Source: Alphaproteobacteria bacterium | GTDB taxonomy: Bacteria; Pseudomonadota; Alphaproteobacteria; Rickettsiales; UBA8987 | Reading direction: 5' to 3' | Assembly (NCBI GenBank): GCA_030429625.1 | Contig: JAUIFA010000001.1 | Location: forward strand, 207,868-271,867 | DNA: 64,000 bases | Shown: piece after piece, positions 19,528-27,578 of the stretch | Layout of the letters: every line of letters starts with the position of its first letter | How positions within the stretch are numbered: position 1 is the first letter of the stretch | The notes under the pieces: generated by a model | Told to the model about the DNA's origin: nothing | Seen by the model: the letters and a program-made list of their open reading frames with translations, nothing else | The model's database searches: none | Position numbers and translations under genes: made by a program

Positions 19528-21048
19528 CTACACGTTTTGGAGTATTTTCTCCATAGTATCAGATTCTGTCAAAGGAGCAAATACTGATTTTAAGAATGTT
19601 CCCATAGGGGAAAAACGTGCGTCCCCATCTTTCCGCCCATCGTATAAAATACGATCTTCATAACCCGAAATCCAAAGAGCTTCAGGGTTGCGTTTGGCAA
19701 TAACAATTTGCCCTTGGCTGGTGGACGATTCACCCGTGCGGTGGGCTTTAAAAATAATAATACCATCTTTAAAAATAGCATTAGCCAATTTAAGTGCTTC
19801 TTCAGGAAGGTCTGGTGCCAGAGCAGTCACATCAAACCCATCCATCACGGAAACTACTTCCAGCTTGCCAAACTCGGTTGACATAACAAAGCGAGATTTT
19901 TCAATCCCAGACAAACCATGTTGTGATTCGGTGTGGATTCTCCATGCTTTTTCCACTGGCACGGCAAAGGTTTTATGGCCTTCAATTTCGCGGCATTGAA
20001 AATAATAGTGATTGTTGATGCCTAGACGTTTTAGCTCCACATGCAAACGGCGTAAATCTTGTGAATTGTCGTTGACACTATCAATGATCGGCGCTTGATT
20101 TTCTAAAGTGATGTAGTTACGGCTGCGAAGGCGACCCACGGCCTCTTCTACCTGAGGAATTCTTGTGTAATGATAACCTTTGGTGCGCACATATTCTTTG
20201 TTTTTATCGCGTTGAAGAATTTCATCTGCGTGCGAGAAGTGCGTCATAAACGCTAAGTTTACATTCGGGTGTAACTCATGGAAAAGATCGATCATGTCAA
20301 AGAAATTATCGTCAAAACGCATAGGATAAAAGGATAATTCTTTTGTCCCAATACGAATAGTACGAATACCCGCACCAGCCAACCCATCAAGATAGCCAAA
20401 TAAGTTGCGGTTGGAAAGTACCATCGGATCGCCGCCAGAAAGCAATGCCTCACGAATTGGGAATTTTTTTACATCCCCTTCAATAAAGGCACGATCCACA
20501 TCCTCAATGGTCATACCCTCTTTGACTTTGGCGTTGTAGTCTTTAACATAATTGACAATTTGACTGATGCTGCCAATATCCTTGTCGGTTTTGCTTGTTA
20601 GGAAGTCGGAACGATAGCAATAGCGACACCACGAACTGCACGTACGCACCACGTATAACAGGATTAATTCATACTTATGTAATAGGCCGGGAACAGGGCT
20701 GTATTTTAGCTGATTAGAAGGATCAGCCTCCCCGCTGAGATCGTCCATCTCTTCCGGACGGGCTTTGATAAGGTTGGTGATGGCATGGCTTTTTGCCGCC
20801 AGCTCCATATAATATTTTGTCGCACGCGGGGGCAAACGATCAGAAAGACCAGCCGCCTGTAAATCCTGCAACTCTTTTTCCGAATAGATTTGAACGCCTC
20901 CATTTGCAACATGGCGTCTATAGCCCTCAATATCATGGGCAATATATTTATGAAATTTAGACTCTTTAATTTGTGAATTTAGATTATCCAATCTCGGATT
21001 GCGTTCACGTTTGTTATTTCTTTTTGGGCGCCTGTTTGTAGAGGTCAT
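19528..21048 (-). CDS. KamA-family radical SAM 2,3-aminomutase (probably not lysine-specific)
   Basis: CSSWCRYC, LLSGGDPM, IRIGTK, YYFQCR, FVMSTEFGK (PLP Lys); RBS before ATG 21048. Confidence 0.88.
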   Translation of the reverse strand: MTSTNRRPKRNNKRERNPRLDNLNSQIKESKFHKYIAHDIEGYRRHVANGGVQIYSEKELQDLQAAGLSDRLPPRATKYYMELAAKSHAITNLIKARPEEMDDLSGEADPSNQLKYSPVPGLLHKYELILLYVVRTCSSWCRYCYRSDFLTSKTDKDIGSISQIVNYVKDYNAKVKEGMTIEDVDRAFIEGDVKKFPIREALLSGGDPMVLSNRNLFGYLDGLAGAGIRTIRIGTKELSFYPMRFDDNFFDMIDLFHELHPNVNLAFMTHFSHADEILQRDKNKEYVRTKGYHYTRIPQVEEAVGRLRSRNYITLENQAPIIDSVNDNSQDLRRLHVELKRLGINNHYYFQCREIEGHKTFAVPVEKAWRIHTESQHGLSGIEKSRFVMSTEFGKLEVVSVMDGFDVTALAPDLPEEALKLANAIFKDGIIIFKAHRTGESSTSQGQIVIAKRNPEALWISGYEDRILYDGRKDGDARFSPMGTFLKSVFAPLTESDTMEKILQNV

Positions 21049-21092
21049 ACAACACCTTTGAAAAATCATTACAAATATATTTTCTGTAAAAA

Positions 21093-21230
21093 TTGTGCGC
21101 TGCACAACAAAAATATCCAGCAAAAATCGCTGGATACCAATGTATTTTACAGATGTGCATTATATCTGTTTATTCCACAAAAGCAAGAATAAAAAACGCA
21201 GCAAATCCGCACTCATGTTGCATTGCAGCA
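21093..21230. promoter_or_regulatory. Two PhaR/AniA-type boxes
   Basis: TGCGCTGCACAA (21096-21107, within the palindrome TTGTGC-GCT-GCACAA) and TGCATTGCAGCA (21219-21230). Confidence 0.6.
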
Positions 21231-21295
21231 AATCGAGGTATATTTATTTTTATGTAGATAAAACTATCTTTCGTATAACGAGCTGTTAACAAGGT

Positions 21296-22618
21296 TTATA
21301 GAGATTTTTCTAAGGCGGCCGAAAACTTATTTACGATCTCATCAATGTGCTTATCTTCCATGATAAATGGCGGAGCAAACATCACATGTGCTCCTTGAAC
21401 TCCATCAATTGTTCCGCCCATAGGATAGCACATTAACCCTTCTGCCATGGCTGCTGCTTTGATTGTGGTAGGTAATTTCTTGGCTGGATCGAAAGGTTTT
21501 TTACTGGCCTTGTCTTCTACCAATTCTAAACCGATAAACAAACCACGCCCACGAATGTCACCGATGTTGGGATGTTGGCCAAAAGCATCTTCAAAGGCGG
21601 CATGCAATTTGGCACCTTTATTTTTCACATTTTCCAGCAATCCGTCACGCTGGATAATTTGTTGTACCTTCAGTGCTGTGGCGCAGGCAATCGCATGACC
21701 GATATAGGTGTGACCGTGTTGGAAAAACCCACTACCTTTTTGAATGGTTTCAAAGATATTTTTGGAGACCAACATTGCGCCAATGGGTTGATATCCCGCA
21801 CCAAGCCCCTTGGCAATGGTCATCAGGTCAGGAGCAACGCCATCTTCTTCACAAGCATACATATAGCCGGTTCTGCCCATGCCGCACATCACTTCGTCAA
21901 GAATCATCAACACATCATATTTTGTACAGATTTCACGAATGCGTTTTAAATAACCTTCAACGGCCGGAACGCAGCCGAGCGTTGCTCCCACCACCGGTTC
22001 ACAAATAAAGGCAGCCACTTTTTCTGCACCGATCTCATTGATTTTATCCTCTAACTCGTTGGCTACTCTTTGGCCAAAATCGAATTGCGATTCGCCGTCT
22101 TTTTTCAGGCGATATTCGTAACAAGGTGAAATATGATGCATGTTCACCAACATCGGTTTAAATTGGGCACGGCGCCATTCATTGCCACCGGCAGACAGTG
22201 CGCCCAACGTGTTGCCGTGATAGCTTTGTTTGCGGGCGATGATGACTGACTTTTCGTTTTTGCCTTGTTCTAAGAAATATTGCCTAGCAATTTTTAAAGA
22301 GGCTTCCACTGCTTCCGAACCACCGGAAAAGAAATAGACCCGATCCAATCCTTCTGGCGCGCGTTCAATCAAAAAGTCAGCCAGTTCTTCCATCGGCTCA
22401 TTGGTAAAAAATCCGGTATGAGCAAAGGCCAATGTATCAATCTGTTTCTTCATCGCTTCACGCACTTCTTCATTGCTGTGACCAAGGCAGGAAACCGCAG
22501 CCCCGCAACTTCCATCAAAATAACGTTTATTGTTGCTGTCAATGAGATAGCAACCTTCTCCTGATATAGCGGTAGGGTAGTTGGTTAGAGTATGACGATG
22601 AAAAACATGGTTTGGCAT
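21296..22618 (-). CDS. Class III PLP aminotransferase (omega/beta-amino acid type)
   Basis: DGSCGAAVSCLGH, SGGSEA, SYHGNT, DEVMCGMGRTG, AKGLGAGY, HGHTY. Confidence 0.92.
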   Translation of the reverse strand: MPNHVFHRHTLTNYPTAISGEGCYLIDSNNKRYFDGSCGAAVSCLGHSNEEVREAMKKQIDTLAFAHTGFFTNEPMEELADFLIERAPEGLDRVYFFSGGSEAVEASLKIARQYFLEQGKNEKSVIIARKQSYHGNTLGALSAGGNEWRRAQFKPMLVNMHHISPCYEYRLKKDGESQFDFGQRVANELEDKINEIGAEKVAAFICEPVVGATLGCVPAVEGYLKRIREICTKYDVLMILDEVMCGMGRTGYMYACEEDGVAPDLMTIAKGLGAGYQPIGAMLVSKNIFETIQKGSGFFQHGHTYIGHAIACATALKVQQIIQRDGLLENVKNKGAKLHAAFEDAFGQHPNIGDIRGRGLFIGLELVEDKASKKPFDPAKKLPTTIKAAAMAEGLMCYPMGGTIDGVQGAHVMFAPPFIMEDKHIDEIVNKFSAALEKSL

Positions 22619-22690
22619 GATGATAATCCCAATGAGTTAATTTTTTGGGATTATGGCCACAAATATATCTTTATCAAGAAATAATCACAT

Positions 22691-22897
22691 TCAGATTAAA
22701 TTTCTGTGGCCGTTCTCTTTTTCTAATTCATAGACAACATTATCAGAAAGCAGGGGGTGCGATACTTTAGCAAACGGATCATTATTTTCAATAAAATCAG
22801 CCCCCATATGGTTGTCGTCTATATCATCATTGCGACGAGATTTAAATTTTTGCTGATGTTTATAAGCTTCAAGCGCTTCTTCAATAGGGATAAACAT
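22691..22897 (-). CDS. Small hypothetical protein (68 aa)
   Basis: AAGGAG RBS before ATG 22897; CtrA-type promoter upstream. Confidence 0.6.
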   Translation of the reverse strand: MFIPIEEALEAYKHQQKFKSRRNDDIDDNHMGADFIENNDPFAKVSHPLLSDNVVYELEKENGHRNLI

Positions 22898-22932
22898 GGC
22901 TTTGCTCCTTTTACCTACGTGGTGATAAGAAC

Positions 22933-22966
22933 ATACTAACATACAAATAGTTAACATAAGGTTAAC
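22933..22966 (-). promoter_or_regulatory. CtrA-type box plus -10 element
   Basis: TTAACATAAGGTTAAC; TAGTAT 12 nt downstream on the minus strand. Confidence 0.6.
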
Positions 22967-23105
22967 AAAACACAATATATTGTGTATATTTTTTATTTTA
23001 TCACAAAATATAGTATTATTCTATTATTTTTATAGCAACGTATAGACATAGATTATAAAAAATTATAACTTGCGGATCTGCTACCAATTGATACAGGAAT
23101 AATGG

Positions 23106-24641
23106 ATGAACAATCAACAACAAGTGCTAACAATAGATCAGGCAATGGCCAAGGCGGAGGAGTCTAAGAAAGAAAAAAAGCCAATGGTGGCATTACAGAT
23201 CTATAATGATATCCTCAACAAATATCCGCATAACCTTAATGCTCTGTTTAGTCGAGGCATGTTATTAGAAGAAAATAAAGAATATAAGGCCGCGCTTAAA
23301 GATTATAATACATTGATAGATTTGTCTTACGATGTTCATATTGTGTATTCTAAAATGGGTGATTGTTACAGCAAATTAATGGACAATGACATAGCCGTTG
23401 AATGCTATATCAAATCAATGCAATCCAAACCTGATTATGTGAACACTTACGCTCCGGCGGTCAGCTTTATGGAGCGGGTCGGGAGATTAAAGGATGCAGA
23501 AAAACTTGTGGATAATGCGCTGAAGCTTGTTCCCAAAAGCTCTGATCTGCATTTTCTAAAAGGCAAAATTTATCTCAAAGGAAAGGATTATAAAAGAGCA
23601 GAAAAACATTATGCCAAAGCCGTAAATTTTGGGTTATTTGAACGCAGTGCACATATTGTTCTGGCCGAATATTCTTCGGTCAAAGAGAAATTAGGCAAAT
23701 ATGATGAAGCAATGGGGCTGGCGGTTCAGGCACAGAAGTTTGCTTCACAGACAAAAGATGCCTTAAACGCACATACGTCGCCTTTACAAAATACAAAAAT
23801 CATTGAACAATCAATGGGGTGGTTTAGTAAAAAGGACATTAAGGGCTGGGAAAAGGCAGATTATACGGGGAAAAAGGCACCGGTTTTTTTGGTGGGCTTT
23901 CCCCGTTCTGGTACCACATTGATGGAGCAGATACTCTTTGCTCACCATAATTTGACAGTGACTGATGAAGTGCAGGTTCTGCCAGCAAAGATGGTATATA
24001 TTAATAAAGTGTTTGGACGTGAGATCCAGTATCCACAGGATTACGCTACCATCACCCATGAAGAAATTCAAAAATGGCGTGATGAGTATTTTGCCGCCAT
24101 GCAACGCACGTTGCCACACATTGATCACAGCTTACGTATTGTGGATAAAAACCCGATGTCCTTCATTTACATGGGAGCGATCAAGCGCTTTTTCCCTGAA
24201 TCACCGATGTTGATGATGATCCGTGATCCGCGCGATGTGTGTTTAAGCTGTTTCTTCCAAACCTTTGCTCCTAATTCAGACACAGTACATTTCTATGATC
24301 TAAAAGAAACGGCTACCTATTATGCTAAGGCGATGGATCTTTATTTTAAGTTCCGTGACACGATGTCGATGGACATATTGGAAGTCAAATACGAGGATAT
24401 GATTGATGATTTTGAGAACCATGCGCGTAACATCATAAAATTTATTGGTGAAGAATGGGACGATAATGTATTGACCTATTACGAACAAAAAAACAGTCGC
24501 TTTATTAAAACACCAAGTTATGAAGCAGTCAAACAGCCGGTGAACAATAAAGCAGTGGGTCGTTGGCAGAAATATGAAAAATATTTCAAAGAGATTACCC
24601 CTATTCTTCAGCCATATTTAAAAGAATTTGGATATGATTGA
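23106..24641 (+). CDS. TPR + PAPS-dependent sulfotransferase
   Basis: TPRs; VGFPRSGTTL, VDKNP, RDPRDVCLS. Confidence 0.9.
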   Translation: MNNQQQVLTIDQAMAKAEESKKEKKPMVALQIYNDILNKYPHNLNALFSRGMLLEENKEYKAALKDYNTLIDLSYDVHIVYSKMGDCYSKLMDNDIAVECYIKSMQSKPDYVNTYAPAVSFMERVGRLKDAEKLVDNALKLVPKSSDLHFLKGKIYLKGKDYKRAEKHYAKAVNFGLFERSAHIVLAEYSSVKEKLGKYDEAMGLAVQAQKFASQTKDALNAHTSPLQNTKIIEQSMGWFSKKDIKGWEKADYTGKKAPVFLVGFPRSGTTLMEQILFAHHNLTVTDEVQVLPAKMVYINKVFGREIQYPQDYATITHEEIQKWRDEYFAAMQRTLPHIDHSLRIVDKNPMSFIYMGAIKRFFPESPMLMMIRDPRDVCLSCFFQTFAPNSDTVHFYDLKETATYYAKAMDLYFKFRDTMSMDILEVKYEDMIDDFENHARNIIKFIGEEWDDNVLTYYEQKNSRFIKTPSYEAVKQPVNNKAVGRWQKYEKYFKEITPILQPYLKEFGYD

Positions 24642-24644
24642 TCG

Positions 24645-25103
24645 ATGTATAAAGTACTGATAACCCTTTTAATATTTTTATTTCCAGCCTATGTGTGGGC
24701 GTGTGAAGTCACACCAGAGGAAGAAAGCTTTGATGCAGTGGTACATAAAGCAGATGTGATTTTTTATGGTAAGCCAATTATCATCGGCAAGCGTTATCCT
24801 GAAGAGCTGGCCAGCAAAGACCTTGTTGAAATCACAGGCAAATTCTTAAACGCGCCTTACGAAGTCCAATTTGAAGTGTTAAAAGTTTGGAAAGGTGAAA
24901 TAGCAAGAGATTTCTATCTGATGGACAAAGACGGAGAATGTGGTCATAAGCTGCCAGAAAAGTTAGAGCAGCCAATGCTTGTTTTTGCTAAGTTTGATAA
25001 GGAAGGCCTTAAGATAATGGACATTGGCTCTAAAGAATTTAACGCATTAAGTCAGGCACAGAGAATCGGGTTGCTCGAGTCGCCTATTTGGCAGATGAAT
25101 TAG
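24645..25103 (+). CDS. Exported TIMP/NTR-like protein
   Basis: Signal peptide then mature Cys1; ADVIFYGK, FEVLKVWKG, ECG, MLVFA. Confidence 0.55.
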   Translation: MYKVLITLLIFLFPAYVWACEVTPEEESFDAVVHKADVIFYGKPIIIGKRYPEELASKDLVEITGKFLNAPYEVQFEVLKVWKGEIARDFYLMDKDGECGHKLPEKLEQPMLVFAKFDKEGLKIMDIGSKEFNALSQAQRIGLLESPIWQMN

Positions 25104-26293
25104 CCTCTTCCCCTGTCTTGCTCGAAAAGATGGGTAATTGCTTCGGCTATATTGCGGTCTATTCTTTCTTTTTCGGGAGCAAAACTAACCCGTGCTTCGG
25201 AAGCAATTTTAAAATAAGACAGTACGTCGCCAAGAATTGTTTTAATTGTGGCAAGAGAGCGTATGTCTTCATTCACGCTGATGCGTGCAGCAAATCCTTG
25301 GGCGCCAAGATCAATAGATTTTTTCTCAGCCATTTCATCAAAAGCGTTTGTAACGGATTTCTCTAACGCATTGTAATACGCAATATCGTCGTTAAATCCG
25401 CACTCATTTTTTTTAATCTGAGTTAATTTTTTTGCATAGGCTGCCAGATGGTGCATGTTTGTTACAAACTCACGGGCACTGTCTCCCAGAGTAGAGGCGG
25501 CCAGATCACACAGACCATCCTTAAGTTCATCAATACTCTTCATGGCTACAGCAATTTTGGTAAAACGAGAGCCATAAAATGCGCTCAGCCCGTTAGTAAC
25601 AATTTTCGCCGGCTCACCAAAAAACTCCCCAAGCTTCACTTCTTCAACCTGTGGACGTTGGTGATAGTGATGTACGTTGTCTTGCACGGAAGATAATGCC
25701 ATCAAATCTTTAGAAATTTTACGTACTGTCGGTGATTGTTGTTTGGCTGCAAAGCGTGTCGCACGTTCTTCTTCCAATGCCTCTAAGCTGTCAAATATTC
25801 TATTGGCATCTTCCGGGTGAATAAGTTTTCGTTCCTTTTTAATGGCTTTAATGCAGGAATCACACATTCTGTTAAACAGTGATACAGCATATTGTGCTCC
25901 GTGCGTGCGAGTTACCTCCGTCTGGAATATGGTGTCAGGGGTAACCCTTTTTTTTCCTCCTTTGACTTCTTCCAGCCTGTGTTGGCTGGCTTCAAACCGT
26001 TGCCGATTTTCATCCACATATCGGGCATTACTATTGATATTGCCCTCAGCGTATTTCATCAAACGTCTTTGGAAGCTTTCTATGAGCGCTATTTGCTCTG
26101 CATAATAATTCTCTAATGTCAGCTTTTTACCGTCCAGAGGTTGGTAGTTTCTCACAGGATAGAGCGGGTCAGGTTTTCCTGCATGGCACAGTTTATAGTC
26201 TTTACCGCCCATGGTAATAATATCCCCGGCACGACCATTATGCGTGGGGGTAAAATCATCTTGTATTTTGTCTAAAAAAGAGGACATGACCAA
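25100..26293 (-). CDS. Orphan helical protein (candidate secreted effector)
   Basis: 397-aa ORF; tail EQDRGRG. Confidence 0.7.
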   Translation of the reverse strand: MVMSSFLDKIQDDFTPTHNGRAGDIITMGGKDYKLCHAGKPDPLYPVRNYQPLDGKKLTLENYYAEQIALIESFQRRLMKYAEGNINSNARYVDENRQRFEASQHRLEEVKGGKKRVTPDTIFQTEVTRTHGAQYAVSLFNRMCDSCIKAIKKERKLIHPEDANRIFDSLEALEEERATRFAAKQQSPTVRKISKDLMALSSVQDNVHHYHQRPQVEEVKLGEFFGEPAKIVTNGLSAFYGSRFTKIAVAMKSIDELKDGLCDLAASTLGDSAREFVTNMHHLAAYAKKLTQIKKNECGFNDDIAYYNALEKSVTNAFDEMAEKKSIDLGAQGFAARISVNEDIRSLATIKTILGDVLSYFKIASEARVSFAPEKERIDRNIAEAITHLFEQDRGRG

Positions 26294-26316
26294 TCTTTTT
26301 ATGTTAAATAAGTTTG

Positions 26317-26348
26317 ACTATAGCGTATAAAAGTTAACATAGCGTTAA
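26317..26348 (-). promoter_or_regulatory. CtrA-type box plus -10 element
   Basis: Minus strand TTAA-N7-TTAA-N11-TATAGT. Confidence 0.65.
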
Positions 26349-26486
26349 TGATAACTATATTTTATAATATTACTATAATAAAACTATAAAACTGTTTTCT
26401 ATTTTATTAAGAATATGTATAACGTTTATAACCTAGCCATTTAATGGGTTATTAATTGTCATGAATTTATTTTTGAAGAGACCATA

Positions 26487-27578
26487 ATGAGAAATTTTTT
26501 TGCTATATTATTAGTTGTTCTGCTTGTTGCGCTATTCTGGTATTTTGGGCTTGGTGGTACAGAAAATAAGTCACAGCAAAATGGTGGAAACGTGGTAGTA
26601 GACACGTATGTCATAGCAGAATCCCCGGTGTATGACCGTGTGGAGGCGCTGGGGACAACCTATGCGAATGAATCGATTGATATCACTGCCAACACTACCG
26701 AAACCATCAAGAACATCTATTTTGAAGATGGGCAGGAGGTTGCGCAAGGCGATGTGATCGCTGTGTTGGAGCAAGACGAAGAGCAAGCGCAGCTTAAAGC
26801 ATCTCAAGTGCAATTGGCTGAGCATGAGCGTGAATTAGAACGTTTGGCGGGCTTGCTGGCCAATAAAGTCATTTCCAAGCGGGAATATGACGAGCGCAAA
26901 ACTTTGCTGGACATCAACAAACAAAGAATAGAAGAAATCAAGGCACGCATTGGGGAACGCACATTGCGTGCGCCCTTTGATGGTGTGCTGGGTCTAAGGC
27001 GGCTCAGTGTAGGTGCGTTGGTGCGTCCAGGAGATATCATCACCACATTGGACGATATCCGCCAGATCAAACTGGACTTTAACGTACCAGATATTTACCT
27101 TAATAAAATTCATAAAGCTATGCCCATTCAGGCGCACAGTGTGTCTCTTAGAGATCGGTTGTTTGAAGGGGTCATTTCTACCATTGACAGTCGGGTGAAC
27201 CCGATTACGCGTTCGGTGCTGGTGCGGGCGGTCATTGACAACGAAGACAAAATCATCCGTCCGGGGTTATTGATGCAGGTGCTTCTGCTTAAAGACCAGC
27301 GCAAGGCTATTGTGGCGCCGGAAGAGGCAGTGTTTCAGAAGAAGAACAAGCATTATGTGATGTTGTTGGAAGAAGGATCGTCAACAGTGCGCCAGCAAGA
27401 GGTTCATATTGGTATTCGTCGCCCAGGCATTGTGGAAATAACGCAAGGGCTGGAAATAGAGGATCGGGTGGTGATTCGTGGCATACATAAAGTCCGTGAT
27501 GGGCAGGCTGTAGAAGTGAGGAACACCTTGCATGCGGTGGATATTTTGGGCAGTGACTCCGCAGAAGGAGCTAAATAA
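26487..27578 (+). CDS. RND efflux membrane fusion protein
   Basis: N-terminal anchor, lipoyl halves, RAPFDGVLG, IRPGLL. Confidence 0.92.
   Translation: MRNFFAILLVVLLVALFWYFGLGGTENKSQQNGGNVVVDTYVIAESPVYDRVEALGTTYANESIDITANTTETIKNIYFEDGQEVAQGDVIAVLEQDEEQAQLKASQVQLAEHERELERLAGLLANKVISKREYDERKTLLDINKQRIEEIKARIGERTLRAPFDGVLGLRRLSVGALVRPGDIITTLDDIRQIKLDFNVPDIYLNKIHKAMPIQAHSVSLRDRLFEGVISTIDSRVNPITRSVLVRAVIDNEDKIIRPGLLMQVLLLKDQRKAIVAPEEAVFQKKNKHYVMLLEEGSSTVRQQEVHIGIRRPGIVEITQGLEIEDRVVIRGIHKVRDGQAVEVRNTLHAVDILGSDSAEGAK

Noticed and set aside
19528-21048. Annotation as EF-P modification enzyme EpmB or lysine-fermentation KamA
   Set aside because: Too long for EpmB, lysine-binding Asp positions are changed, and no efp/epmA or kamDE is nearby
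26441-26455. TTAA-N7-TTAA before the RND operon
   Set aside because: No matching -10 at the shared spacing toward the RND gene; plausible by chance in very AT-rich DNA
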